From a virus (Duplodnaviria; Caudoviricetes), in the IMG/VR virus record IMGVR_UViG_3300030329_002466, positions 1 through 55,838 of that record: DNA of 55,838 nt; one strand, given 5' to 3'. The translations under genes were made by a program, and so were the position numbers. Below, piece after piece: positions 1-11,300 of the stretch; the first letter of the stretch is position 1; every line of letters begins with the position of its first letter. The notes beneath the pieces were generated by a model. That model made no database searches, had not been told where the DNA came from, and was given only the letters and a program-made list of their open reading frames with translations.

Positions 1-483
1 GGGGCGATTGAGCAAGATTTAAGAATGGCTTGTATACCAGATAGTATACATTTTATAGGATTTGTATTTACTGGAGGTCCAAAAGGTACAAAAACTCAAG
101 TTTATAGAGATTATGTGTCATATATTCAAAAAGGACAGGTAAAAGTACCAAATTTTAAGAAATTACCCGAAAATGAGTCGAAATTAGTGAGAAAATGGCT
201 AAGAGAGCATACAGATTTAGAATATGTTATGGATATAGCCAATAAAACAGAGAAAATATCTGCTCCAGATACAAAACATGATGATTATTGTGATAGTTCA
301 GTTATGGGCATACACGCAGCACTTTCTATGCTTCCAGCAGAGGGTTCATTCGCTTCTGTTAGTGTAGAAAACAAAAAAAGCTATAAAAACAGCACTTTAG
401 GGAAGGCTAGTGGAAATATGGGAGTATTTACATCCAAAACACGTAATAAACCCTTCTCTAAGCGCCGTATAAGGTGGTTATAG
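1..483 (+). CDS. terL: Terminase large subunit, C-terminal nuclease domain (5'-partial)
   Basis: Frame is open from base 1; KHDDYCDS matches the HDD..D motif of TerL nuclease domains; lies directly upstream of the portal. Confidence 0.8.
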   Translation, partial: GAIEQDLRMACIPDSIHFIGFVFTGGPKGTKTQVYRDYVSYIQKGQVKVPNFKKLPENESKLVRKWLREHTDLEYVMDIANKTEKISAPDTKHDDYCDSSVMGIHAALSMLPAEGSFASVSVENKKSYKNSTLGKASGNMGVFTSKTRNKPFSKRRIRWL

Positions 484-484
484 G

Positions 485-500
485 GAAAACCTTTATATAG
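485..500 (+). promoter_or_regulatory. Archaeal BRE+TATA promoter (GAAAACCTTTATATAG) for the head operon
   Basis: Purine-rich BRE then TTTATATA about 30 nt before the portal ATG; the same motif recurs at 10 other gene-block starts. Confidence 0.75.
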
Positions 501-528
501 TAACAGTAGATATATATTTGTGAATTAA

Positions 529-1788
529 ATGGCTCTCCGCGATTATTGGCCTTTTAGTAGGCGCTCGTTCGCTACCGTTGGTAGCAATCCGTCATATGCG
601 AAAGACGAACCTCGCAGTTACGGTGAAGGTGTTATAAGAAGACTACGTTTACAGCAAGGAAGGTTCGGAAATGACTATGAAAGGCACATAGGTGATGGTA
701 AAGCATATATGGATGTTTACCTTAGTGACCCTTTAGTTAGAACATTAATAGACTTACCATGTCTTTATGCAAGTAAGGATGGTTGGGATATAGTTACAGA
801 TGATGAAAATTTAAGAGATTCTATAACTGAAATGTTTAATGAAATAAATATAGACCAACTTATTTATGGTTGGTTACGTAATGCTAGAATATTCGGTACG
901 AGCTATTTAGAGTGGACGGGTGACAACCTAGTTCTACGCTCTTCACAAAATATGTATATACAGAGGGATGAAAATGGACAAATTAAGTACTATTACCAAA
1001 AAGTTGGCTCCCCAGATGAAGATATACGATTTGAAGAAGACGAAATGGTACACTTACTTAACAACACGTTCGATGATTACGCTTATGGTCTTTCTGACAT
1101 CCACCCAATTCTTTATTTGGTTGACCTTAAAGATTATGCAGAACGAGATGTCGGCACTGCTCTCAATAAATACGCTGTTAGTAGGTTTGATATTAGCGCT
1201 GGACTCCCCGATATGCCTTATGGTCCTGATAAAATTAACGAAATTGTGGACGCATTCAATTCCTTGGAACCCGGCGAAGACATTATTCATGGTAACGATA
1301 TTGTTGTCAAGGAACTTCAAGGTACCCAAAGAGCATTCGAATATGGTAAATATATGGATGATATTACAAAAAAGATTCATATGGCACTTAAAGTACCGAT
1401 AACCATGTGGGAAAAGCCAGAACAAGCTCGACCTATTTTCGAACCTTATGTTAAATATTTACAAGCGTCCGTGGAAGCTGCACTCAATTCGCAGTTACTT
1501 CCGCAACTTGGGGACGCACAATTTAAGTTCCGCCAAATCAATGTTGATGACGCTTTTGTTAAAGCAAAGACAGATATGGTTTACCTCGCTGAAGGTGTGC
1601 TTTCACCTGAAGAGGTAAGAATGGAACGTGGTATGAATCCTGCAGGAGTACAAGAACTACAGGACACTGCTGAAAACGTTAATGTTTCTGGTGGTAAAGA
1701 CCAAGATAAGAAAGAAGAAAGCAAGAGAACCGAGAACAGAGGTAATCAACCAGCGGCAAATGCCACAGGAGATAGAAAGAATGAGTGA
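529..1788 (+). CDS. Portal protein
   Basis: 419 aa, between terminase and protease; RNARIFGTSYLEW, YGLSDI and C-terminal GVLSPEEVR motifs typical of portals. Confidence 0.85.
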   Translation: MALRDYWPFSRRSFATVGSNPSYAKDEPRSYGEGVIRRLRLQQGRFGNDYERHIGDGKAYMDVYLSDPLVRTLIDLPCLYASKDGWDIVTDDENLRDSITEMFNEINIDQLIYGWLRNARIFGTSYLEWTGDNLVLRSSQNMYIQRDENGQIKYYYQKVGSPDEDIRFEEDEMVHLLNNTFDDYAYGLSDIHPILYLVDLKDYAERDVGTALNKYAVSRFDISAGLPDMPYGPDKINEIVDAFNSLEPGEDIIHGNDIVVKELQGTQRAFEYGKYMDDITKKIHMALKVPITMWEKPEQARPIFEPYVKYLQASVEAALNSQLLPQLGDAQFKFRQINVDDAFVKAKTDMVYLAEGVLSPEEVRMERGMNPAGVQELQDTAENVNVSGGKDQDKKEESKRTENRGNQPAANATGDRKNE

Positions 1789-3001
1789 GTACGAAAAGTG
1801 CAAGTTAGAGACAGCCCAAACTCTTAAAAAGAGAGGGTTTGAAAATTATGAGTCTATGGCAGCAGGAATGTGTAAACTATGGGCTGATGATAATGGTGTA
1901 GAGCGAAATTTCGCTAGAGATAGAGCAAATGAGGAACAAACAAGAAGTTTTGCTGTAGGAGTTGGAGAGCTTACCACAGTTGAAGATTTTGTAGAATTCC
2001 CTGTTACAGCTATAACATCAGGGCTACATGATGCTGACGGAGACCAAAAGGTTTATATAGAACCGTCCATTATACATAATAGTGTAGGAAATTTTAACGA
2101 ATTACCTATATATTATACGCACCAGCGTACACCAGAGGATTTAATTGGTAAAGCAGTAAGTCCCGAGGTAATTGAAACGGACGATGGTAAGACAGCTATT
2201 AAAATGTTGGCTAAAATCGACAAAAATGCAAATGAAAGAGCACGTGAGGTGCTAAATAAGGTTGATGACGGCGATATTACGCATGTCAGCATTGACTGGG
2301 CCTCAAATGACGTTGATGTCATGGGAGAACCATTCGCTACTGATATACGACCCGCCGAAATAAGTTTTATTGATAATGAAATTGCGACTCCAGTCTGTGA
2401 GTCTTGCACTATTGATGGTCAATGTGACGACCACGAAGGAAGTGAAGAAGAAACTTGCTGCGATGATTGCAAGGAAGGAAAGGAATGTGAAGACTCAAAC
2501 GAGGATTTAAATATGACTGAAGAAACAGTAAATAAGTCAGAAGCCGAGTCAATAGTCGAGCGAGAGTTCGCCTCAGTTAAGAATGAACTTGCAGAGATGA
2601 AAACATCTTTCGAAGAAGTAAATTCAAAATACTCTGAAGCATTAGACACAATCGCTACTTTCGAAAAGGAAGCTGAAGAACGCGCAGTTGCAGAAGCAAA
2701 AGCACGTAAAGGAGCATTCATTTCAAAGATTGTATCTAAAGAGTTAGTTCTCAACTCAATCGACGAAGAAGCAAAGGAAGCACGGGAAAAAGAACTATCA
2801 GCTTGGGAAGAAACCAAACTAGATGGTTTTGCAGCTGCATTGGAAGCAATTCCAGAGCCAGAAGCAACCGAGCGAACTTTTGGAAAAGGCAAGGCCCACG
2901 ATGACGAAGAAAGCCCAGTAGAGGCTGAAGAAACAAGCCGTTTATTCGCAATGGATAACGGAAACATGGTGCTCAATAAAGATGCACTAAGGAGAAACTA
3001 A
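1781..3001 (+). CDS. Prohead protease fused to coiled-coil scaffold (likely start ATG 1781)
   Basis: AGGAGA SD before ATG 1781, overlapping the portal stop; PIYYTH, HVSID and AEISFI match HK97-type protease motifs; acidic coiled-coil C-terminus. Confidence 0.75.
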   Translation: MSEYEKCKLETAQTLKKRGFENYESMAAGMCKLWADDNGVERNFARDRANEEQTRSFAVGVGELTTVEDFVEFPVTAITSGLHDADGDQKVYIEPSIIHNSVGNFNELPIYYTHQRTPEDLIGKAVSPEVIETDDGKTAIKMLAKIDKNANERAREVLNKVDDGDITHVSIDWASNDVDVMGEPFATDIRPAEISFIDNEIATPVCESCTIDGQCDDHEGSEEETCCDDCKEGKECEDSNEDLNMTEETVNKSEAESIVEREFASVKNELAEMKTSFEEVNSKYSEALDTIATFEKEAEERAVAEAKARKGAFISKIVSKELVLNSIDEEAKEAREKELSAWEETKLDGFAAALEAIPEPEATERTFGKGKAHDDEESPVEAEETSRLFAMDNGNMVLNKDALRRN

Positions 3002-3003
3002 AT

Positions 3004-3447
3004 ATGGCAACAGAAATTTTAGTAAATGATGGTGGTGCACCAGCTAGGATTATGAATCTTGGTGTTGGAAACGCAGCTATTGATGCAGGTACATTCGTTG
3101 ATATCGCCAGTACCGGTAAAATTGTCGCAGCAGGAACTGGATATGCAGATGCAGAACAAGGTTCTACCGGACAAACCGTGGCTTTAGGTGTTTTATTAAC
3201 AGATGCAGCCGCTAACGCAGCAACTTCTATCATAACAGGAAAAGGTGTAATCTGTAACGTAATAGCTGGAGAAGCTTTATCAACTATTGGTACAGAAGTT
3301 ACTATTAATGAAGCTGGTCTTGTTGAAGCAACAGATGACGCAGATAATCACCGAGCAGTAGGTATAACCCTAGCAGCAAGTGTAACCACAGCAACAAAAT
3401 CTGATGGTAGCGCAATACCTCACATGGTAAAGGTACTTTTAGTATAA
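3004..3447 (+). CDS. Head decoration / cement protein
   Basis: 147 aa, Ala/Gly/Thr-rich beta protein between protease and major capsid, the usual position for a decoration protein. Confidence 0.6.
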   Translation: MATEILVNDGGAPARIMNLGVGNAAIDAGTFVDIASTGKIVAAGTGYADAEQGSTGQTVALGVLLTDAAANAATSIITGKGVICNVIAGEALSTIGTEVTINEAGLVEATDDADNHRAVGITLAASVTTATKSDGSAIPHMVKVLLV

Positions 3448-3460
3448 GGAGAAATAAAAT

Positions 3461-4558
3461 ATGGTAACAGCAAACACAGGTATTCTCACATCTGCTAATG
3501 CAGGAGACGGCACGACAAGCACTATTGCAAATCGTGTACTCGTTGATTTCAAAGATGCATTACAAGATTACAGGACAACATCAATGGATGTATTGTCTAT
3601 GTTCGCAGAGAATATGGAAACAGACACAGGTGGGGACATTGATTTGACTATCGCAAAACCAAGCATGTCTATGGAAGAGATAGATGAAGGTACCACACCA
3701 GCATATCAACACACCTCTCTACGTAACGAGCGTATCAACGTTAAAGAATGGGGTCTAGCAGTCGCGGTAACCCGCAGAATGATTGAAGATTCAAGATTTA
3801 ATGAAGTTGAATTAGCTTTGAACGAAGCAAAGAGAGCAGTTGAGAGACACGTAACGAAACACGCTATGTATGCATTAATGGGAGTAGGAAACGCTACACT
3901 AAGAACAGGTGTATCTAATACTACTATTACTACTGGTGTAGAAACAGCAGTAACATCTTTCGCTAACAATCCGCACGGTGCTTTCTACGGAAAAACACCA
4001 GAAGATGGTTCAAGATTGGTTGAGTACGGAGACAACACAGCAGCAGAGTTAGGAGCTTTAGCTTGGGCTAGTGGAAGCAATACTGGTTCACACTATCAAC
4101 CAAGTGGAGGTTCACAGACCGCTCCCGGTCAAATAGCTCTTTCTGATGTTACAGGCGCTATAGAATTCATGTCACTTAAAGGTGCAAACCCAGATACTAT
4201 TTTAGTATCACCTTCGCACTACAAGTCTTTACTTGATTTGGCAGACTTCACAACTGCTTTAACCACTGGTACAACTATTGGTGAGTTTGGTGGTTCAGAT
4301 GCTCAACACTTACAGAGTGCAGCACAGAACGGCGTGATTGGTAATCTTTTCGGTCTTAGAGTCGTATCTAATGCTTGGGTTCCAACCGATAGATACGGTA
4401 TTTTCGATACAAACATAAAACCAATGGCTTATGTTCAAAGACGTGGTTTAACTGTAGAAGAAGCTACCCCCGGATTCGGAATCGTCGGTTCATACTTATC
4501 TATGAGATATGGTATGAAAATCGTACGTCCTGAAGCTGGAATGATTATTTACGATTAA
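3461..4558 (+). CDS. Major capsid protein (HK97 fold)
   Basis: 365 aa, strong AAGGAG SD; EIDEGT..., KEWGLAVAVTRRMIED, PDTILVSP and GNLFGLRVVSNAWVP are typical of HK97-fold capsids. Confidence 0.88.
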   Translation: MVTANTGILTSANAGDGTTSTIANRVLVDFKDALQDYRTTSMDVLSMFAENMETDTGGDIDLTIAKPSMSMEEIDEGTTPAYQHTSLRNERINVKEWGLAVAVTRRMIEDSRFNEVELALNEAKRAVERHVTKHAMYALMGVGNATLRTGVSNTTITTGVETAVTSFANNPHGAFYGKTPEDGSRLVEYGDNTAAELGALAWASGSNTGSHYQPSGGSQTAPGQIALSDVTGAIEFMSLKGANPDTILVSPSHYKSLLDLADFTTALTTGTTIGEFGGSDAQHLQSAAQNGVIGNLFGLRVVSNAWVPTDRYGIFDTNIKPMAYVQRRGLTVEEATPGFGIVGSYLSMRYGMKIVRPEAGMIIYD

Positions 4559-4575
4559 AGTTAAATAATCAAAAT

Positions 4576-4647
4576 CATACGCAAGGTTATGGGGAAGAGC
4601 CTTAAGTCTTCCCCAAAATATGTCGATTCATTCCGAAAGGATGCGAC
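4576..4647 (+). terminator. Intergenic hairpin cluster after the capsid gene (attenuator or mRNA stabiliser)
   Basis: TGGGGAAGA(4590-4598)/TCTTCCCCA(4607-4615) 9-bp stem; GTCG..CC-GAAA-GG..CGAC hairpin (4622-4647) with a GNRA loop. Confidence 0.55.
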
Positions 4648-4670
4648 GTTAAAAAGTAAAAAGGTAAAAA

Positions 4671-5120
4671 ATGGCATTAAAAGATAATCGCGGAGGACGC
4701 GAATTTGATAAGTTTGTAGCTGATGGTTCAGGTAATACTTCGTTGAGAGTTACAACTACAACTGCAGTAACAACATCAGCTAGCGCAGCAACTGTTACGG
4801 TCGCAGCTACTAGTGGAACCGGTACAGAAATTCTTGGAGCTACAGATGTTGAAGGAAAATCCCGTATGGGTATACAATTTTTCAATGTTACAGCAAGTGG
4901 AGATTATACATTTAAAGTTTGGGGTAGTTTAGTATCAAGTCCGGGTTCAGTAGGTGGAGCTAACTGGACTCAAATTGGAGATGATATTGCAGTTGCAGCA
5001 TCAACACCCAATGCTTATAAGGCAATATCCACAACCCCTATTAAATCTGTAGGAGTTACTTGTTATAAGACTGGTGGTGCTGGAACTCAAACAGCTACAG
5101 TATATTTAATGGCAGACTAA
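4671..5120 (+). CDS. Putative virion structural protein (beta-sandwich)
   Basis: 149 aa, Thr/Ala/Gly-rich, directly after the capsid gene. Confidence 0.5.
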   Translation: MALKDNRGGREFDKFVADGSGNTSLRVTTTTAVTTSASAATVTVAATSGTGTEILGATDVEGKSRMGIQFFNVTASGDYTFKVWGSLVSSPGSVGGANWTQIGDDIAVAASTPNAYKAISTTPIKSVGVTCYKTGGAGTQTATVYLMAD

Positions 5121-5199
5121 GGAGTAAGTTCTTGGAATTTATTTACAGTCCAGCCAGTCGCCCCCCAATGAGTGTAAGCTTTTGTGAGGAGGTGGCATA

Positions 5200-8100
5200 A
5201 TGGCTGTAGTAACGTGGGATGGCTCAAGTTCTACTGATTGGAATACTGCGGCTAACTGGGATACAAATGCAGTACCGACATCATCAGATGATGTAATTAT
5301 ACCAGATACATCAAGTATAAACAACTGTGAATTATCAGCAACTGGCGGTAATCCTAAAAATGTTCATTCTTTAAAATTAGAAGCAAACGGGACTTTAGTT
5401 GGTAATGACATTGCAATAAGAGTATATGGTGAAGGTGATGGTTCAAGTGGAACTACTAACGGTTATGCAGTAGATTTAGATGGTATTGTGTCAGGCCTTT
5501 TACATCTAACAATACAGACAGATGACACTACTAATTTAGATATTATACCTTCATCTGGAAATGTACACGATTTAACTATTAATTTAGGTGATGCGGCTAG
5601 AATTGCAAAAATACAAACAGGCGGGCCAACACTTACTGGAGACCTTACAATAACGTCAGGTCAACTAAGCACAGAAAACAATGCACTTACAGTAACAGGA
5701 AGCACAACAATAGGGCCGAACAGTGGTGCAGCAGACCAAGCAACATTAACTTGTAATGCTTCAACTTGTAGTTTTGGTGCAGCCGTAACGTCAGGTTATG
5801 CTTTAGATGTAAAACGGGGTGGAACATTTAATGGAGGAAGTGGAACTCATACCAGTGGGGCTGTTAAAGTTACAACAGATTCTAATGCTGATGCTAAATT
5901 AGATTTTACAAGTGGAACGCACGTTATTAGCTCAGAATACACAAGTGAAGATAGATTTTTTGAACTTACAACAGGAACGGTTACACATAGTAATGGAACT
6001 ATTTTACTTAATGCAGCAGTAACGTCAGCTATACAATGGACTACAACTACTGGAGATAATGGCCCGTATAATCTTACTTTAAGTCACGCTTCTAACACTA
6101 CAAAACCAAGAAATGCATTAACGATATTAAATAATCTGACAATAACATCAGGAACATTTAATACACAATATGATGGTTCTGATAAAGACCTTACAGTAAC
6201 AGGACATTGTAGTGTTGGCACTGCTGGTACATTAACATGTAATACTTCTACTTGTCAATTTGGTAGTCTGCAAGTAACTAATAGTGGTTCCGCTACGATG
6301 AATTTTTCATCAGGTACAACAACTATAGATTGTTCAACAGCGGGTGATGGTACTTGGGCTACCCAATTTGGAAGTTCTGCTACTATAAATTTTAATAATG
6401 GAATAATCAAGTTTGCTAAAACAGATAGTGGGACAAGATATCTTAATTTTTCACAAACTCATCCTCTGAATAATGTAATAGTAGACACAAATTATGATAT
6501 ACCTTTCGCAGGACAATTTAATACAACTGGGTATTTAGATATACAAGATGGCACATTAAAATCATATGGTGGTTCATCAGATATGGCTATAAGTGGAGAC
6601 CTTACAGTAGGAAATGGTACTGATGCAGCTAGACTAGAGTACACAAGTGACGCAAATGGATTCCACAATCAATCTTTTGGTAGTGTAACAGTGAATGCTA
6701 ATGGAACGTTTGATGCAAGTAATCGAATTACTACTATTAATGGCGGCTTTCACAATAATGGTACTTTTAATGATAATGGTGGTAAAATAGAAATGGGCGG
6801 AACTGGTTCAGTAGTTAATGAGCTCGTTCCGAATTTGAATATTAATAATGAAGCTGTTTATGGTAATTTTAATGCCACAACATCTTCACTGACATCTGCT
6901 GCAGGTGGTTTTGATAATATATGGCAATATGATGGAGGATGTTTTGCAGCTTGGGTTTATCCTAAAGGAGTAGGAGAAGGAAGTTATGGCCGATTGTTTC
7001 AAAAGGGAGCTAATTACTGCCATATTGGTTCTTTATCAGGTGGTTTTGTAAATATTAGTTTTGGCATAGACCATAGCACAACTGCTGGTGCTTGGACTAC
7101 AACAAATAACGTTCTTCCTGTTGATAGTTGGTCACACGTTGCTATTGTATACGATTCTGATTCAACAAGTAACAACCCTGTAATATATGTAAACGGAGTT
7201 AGCGTTGCTGTAACAGAAGGCACAACACCTGCTGGAAGTTATAATAGTGATGCTTCAAGCGATTTGTATATTGGCAATAAATCAGATGGCTCAAAAACTT
7301 GGGATGGTTACCTAATGGATATTAAAATTTACAAGAATGTAGCAATTACAGCAACCAATGTAGCAAAGATGGCATCTAAGATTAATGTAGATAAAGATGC
7401 TCCAGATATGGCAGACTCTACAAAATTATTTGGATGGTATAAATTTACATCTGATGCAACTACAGATTCAAGCGGTAACAACCATACACTTACAGCATCT
7501 AATATGGGCAGTGTAGTTTACGATGCATTCACTTCAACTTTACTACCAACTATGACAGAGGTTGACTCATTAGAAGTTAGCTCTGGTGTATTAGATTTAG
7601 ATAATAGAAATTATGTCGATTTCGATGGTAGTGCAGATTATATTACTATTGCTGATGCGGCATCTTTAGACCCTACTGATGGATATTTGACTCTATCGGC
7701 TTGGATATATCCAGATAATATTTCAGCAGGAGCAAGAGGTATAATAGCTAAAAGAGCAGCTACCGAACAGACAGGTGCATATCACTTTGGACAAAACGGT
7801 GATGAACTTAATTTTAGGATTTATGCCAGCGATGGCGCATCAACTACTGTAACAACTACTAGTTCTCCACTTGTAGCAAGTCAATGGCAACACATAGTTG
7901 TAACAATGGACGATGTAGCTGATGATGTTTATTTTTATGTTGACGGTGTTCAGGTTGGAAGTGACACTTCTACTATAACTGTTGCCTTTACAGATTCCTC
8001 TCATCCTTTACTAATAGGTTGGTCAGGTCAAGGAAGTGAATACTTTAATGGTCGTATTAGAGATGTACGATTTTACGATTATAACTTAAGTGCTGAGCAA

Positions 8101-8304
8101 GTTAAAAGTTTATACTTAGGTAGATATTTACCTACACCTTTACACTGGTGGAAGATAAATGAAGGCACAGGTGCAACAGCAACTATAGAAGATTATGGCA
8201 CAGGAACTGATGCCGATGGAACTGGTGTTAGCTTAACTTGGGCAGGAACTGACAATTTCAAAGTAAACGGAAGTGCTCGAATAGGCACTAACGGGAGCAT
8301 ATAA
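5200..8304 (+). CDS. Giant adhesin/spike protein 1 with beta-helix scaffold and 2 LamG domains
   Basis: N-terminal TWDGSSSTDWNTAANW..VPTSSDDV motif; two LamG units (AAWVYP..WSHVAIVYD..IYVNG; SAWIYP..WQHIVVT..FYVDG..FNGRIRDVRFY). Confidence 0.8.
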   Translation: MAVVTWDGSSSTDWNTAANWDTNAVPTSSDDVIIPDTSSINNCELSATGGNPKNVHSLKLEANGTLVGNDIAIRVYGEGDGSSGTTNGYAVDLDGIVSGLLHLTIQTDDTTNLDIIPSSGNVHDLTINLGDAARIAKIQTGGPTLTGDLTITSGQLSTENNALTVTGSTTIGPNSGAADQATLTCNASTCSFGAAVTSGYALDVKRGGTFNGGSGTHTSGAVKVTTDSNADAKLDFTSGTHVISSEYTSEDRFFELTTGTVTHSNGTILLNAAVTSAIQWTTTTGDNGPYNLTLSHASNTTKPRNALTILNNLTITSGTFNTQYDGSDKDLTVTGHCSVGTAGTLTCNTSTCQFGSLQVTNSGSATMNFSSGTTTIDCSTAGDGTWATQFGSSATINFNNGIIKFAKTDSGTRYLNFSQTHPLNNVIVDTNYDIPFAGQFNTTGYLDIQDGTLKSYGGSSDMAISGDLTVGNGTDAARLEYTSDANGFHNQSFGSVTVNANGTFDASNRITTINGGFHNNGTFNDNGGKIEMGGTGSVVNELVPNLNINNEAVYGNFNATTSSLTSAAGGFDNIWQYDGGCFAAWVYPKGVGEGSYGRLFQKGANYCHIGSLSGGFVNISFGIDHSTTAGAWTTTNNVLPVDSWSHVAIVYDSDSTSNNPVIYVNGVSVAVTEGTTPAGSYNSDASSDLYIGNKSDGSKTWDGYLMDIKIYKNVAITATNVAKMASKINVDKDAPDMADSTKLFGWYKFTSDATTDSSGNNHTLTASNMGSVVYDAFTSTLLPTMTEVDSLEVSSGVLDLDNRNYVDFDGSADYITIADAASLDPTDGYLTLSAWIYPDNISAGARGIIAKRAATEQTGAYHFGQNGDELNFRIYASDGASTTVTTTSSPLVASQWQHIVVTMDDVADDVYFYVDGVQVGSDTSTITVAFTDSSHPLLIGWSGQGSEYFNGRIRDVRFYDYNLSAEQVKSLYLGRYLPTPLHWWKINEGTGATATIEDYGTGTDADGTGVSLTWAGTDNFKVNGSARIGTNGSI

Positions 8305-11300
8305 TGGCAACAATAGAATTTAACGGCACTGGCGGACTTATGGAAGGAGACTTCGGTACGAATAATATTAATGTGAATCTTGACGCTGCTTTAGAATTAG
8401 ACGGAAGTGCAGATTATCTTAAAAATTCAACAGCAGATTTTAGAACGGATGATACTGCTGGATTTATTACCGCTTGGGTTAGGTCTGACGATTGGAATCG
8501 AGGAACTCAACAACATTGGTTTTCAGCTACAGATGAAGCAACTGGTAATTATTATATAAGGACATTTTTCAATACAGATGGTAAACTATACATTAAATGT
8601 ATGGATAGTTCTGTTGTTTATGATTTAAAAAGCACAAATGCAGTAACAGATGATGGTAATTGGCATCACATTGCAGTAGGAAGCACTGGAACTGCAATTA
8701 AAATGTATATTGACGGTATTGAAGAAACTGTAGTTGTAGCAAGTGGAAGTAACAACGGTGATTGGTTTGGAGATATGACAGACAGTAAATTAGACCACGT
8801 TGTTGTTGGAGCATTGCACGATAACGCAGGAGTAAGGTCGATGTTTGATGGATATATTGCAGACGTAAGATATTACTCAGACACACTTACAGATGCAGAA
8901 GTTTTAAAATTGTCAAGTAAAATTAATGCAACCACTTCAGACATAGATAATTTACAACATTGGTGGAAATTAAACAGCACTACAATAGATTCTTCTAATT
9001 TAGGAGAAGATTTTGGAGATGCTACAGATTTAGATTTAACACCGACAAGTATTGTTGCATCTAATATTCATACTGACGAATACTATGTAGATGTTCAGGA
9101 CAACAGCACAACGACAGATGGGACGTTTACAGTAACACAAGGAAGGGTAGAGTGTAAGGCTTTGACATCTGGATTGTTTGATGGCACCGATGATTTTGTA
9201 AATCCCGGCAATGCGTTACAATCTCAGTTAAGAACTTCGCATACTTTCGCTGCTTGGATTAAATTAGATGACGGCGACCCTGCTGCAAATAACACTATTT
9301 TTGGGGCGTTTAACGGCGGTAATGATAGAATTTTGTTTTATATTGGAACAGATGCTAAATTGACATATTTGTATCAAGCAGATGGAACTAGTAAATATGC
9401 ACAAGCCGCATCTGCTAGCTTTGTTGATGGTGCAAATCCGTGGCATCACGTTGTTGCTACAATGTCTTACACAGATAGTTCAAATGCAGTAATGAAACTT
9501 TATCTTGATGGTGTTGAGCTTGCTTTAGGTAGTTCAAATAACGGTTTGTTTAGTGGCAATATGGGTGATTACACGTCAAGCACTGCAGTGCATTTAGGAG
9601 CTGAAAACAACAATGGAAGTAATAATTGGGAATTTGATGGTAATGCTCGTGATTTTAGATTTTATGATTATGCTTTAAGTGCAGACCAAGTAGCTTCATA
9701 CTATTCAAATACGTTTCCAGTAACGCCATTACATCGGTGGAAAATGGATGAGGGTTCTGATAATCTTTATGTTGATGGTTTTCCAGATGGCGACACAGGA
9801 ACTGGTGCAGACAATTTTGATTCAGGAACCGCAGGTTCAGCACATGGTTATAATCAAAACGGAGCTACTTACACAAACGGCACTCTTGAGCTTGACGGTA
9901 AACTTACAATAGGTAGTTCTGGAGATTCTTCTGTTAAAGCTACTGTATCTGCACCACGAGGTATTTTACATTTAAAACACGATTTACAAAGTTTTGGAAC
10001 ATTAATACATAACAATGGCACATTCAAGTTAGATAATCATTCTTCGATGCACACATATAATGCATTAGGAGGAGGTAATCAAAGGGAACTTACTTTTTAC
10101 AATGTTACAATGGAAGGAACACATGGAGACGGTTACAGAATATCTGCGCCTATAACTATAGAAAAAGATTGGATAATTAATAACACACGAACTTCAGTAT
10201 CTAATAATGCTGGAGGAGGTCATAACTCTGGAGTAGTAGTTACTATTGGTAAAAGCACAGCGACAACGGTTGCTGAAGGAGGAAGTATAACTATAAATTC
10301 TGGAAAGGAATTAGAAACATACACCTATGCAAATACTCACAGCTGTACTTATCAAGGAGCTTCAACAATATTTCCAGCTGTATTTACAAACAATGGAACC
10401 TTTGAAGAAACATTAGGGTCTTTGTTAGAAACAACTCCCGAAGTTAAATTTGGTAATATGAAATTTGCTACGAACTTTGCTACAAGACCTGAAGATGGTC
10501 AAGCTGGCGGCGGTTCTAAAATTACACTTATTGGAGATTGTGAGTTTGAAGCTTTTACTTTAACAGTAGGAGATGACACTTTAGATATAAATGGACAGAG
10601 GTGCCAAATCAATGGAGATATGACTTGTGCTACTAGTAGTTCTTTAGACTGGGAGGATTCTTTAGTAATTATTAAAGGACACGTTGATTTAAACGGTGTA
10701 ATAACTACAGCAAATTCAGGAACTCAAATAATTCACGATACCGCTTCTGAGAAAAATTGGCGTTCACTATATGCAGATGCAGGAGTGTTTATGTCAAATG
10801 GTTCACAAACTACTTTGACTGGTTATGGTTGGACAAGCTCAGGAAATGAAGTAACGACAATAATACCTGCTGCTACAATTAACACAAACAATGTAAACAT
10901 TAATACTACAAATATGACAATACCTACGGGAGGAACTTTTCAAGGGCAAGCTCAGACACTTACCTGTGCAGGAGATTTTACTACCAGTGGTGGTTTGCTT
11001 GGCGCAAGTTGTTTAGATATAAATGCGTCAACTTCTTCACAAGAACATTATTCAACTGTAAGTGCAGTGGCAGTAGGAACTAATGCAGCTTGGACTATAG
11101 AAGGTTGGATAAAACGGGATAATGGGTCTACAGGTAATAGTGTGTTTGTTGAACTTAGAGTAGACGGTTCTAATGCTAATAGAGTTTTTGTTAATGTTGA
11201 TACCGATGATATACAATTTTTAGTTTGGAGCAATGGAGGTAGTGGAGGTGAAATAGCTACAGTTGGAGCAGGATTAAATGATGGCAAATGGCATCACATT

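Noticed and set aside
1682-1780. 5' extension of the protease ORF
   Set aside because: It overlaps the portal by about 100 nt; the SD-supported start is ATG 1781.
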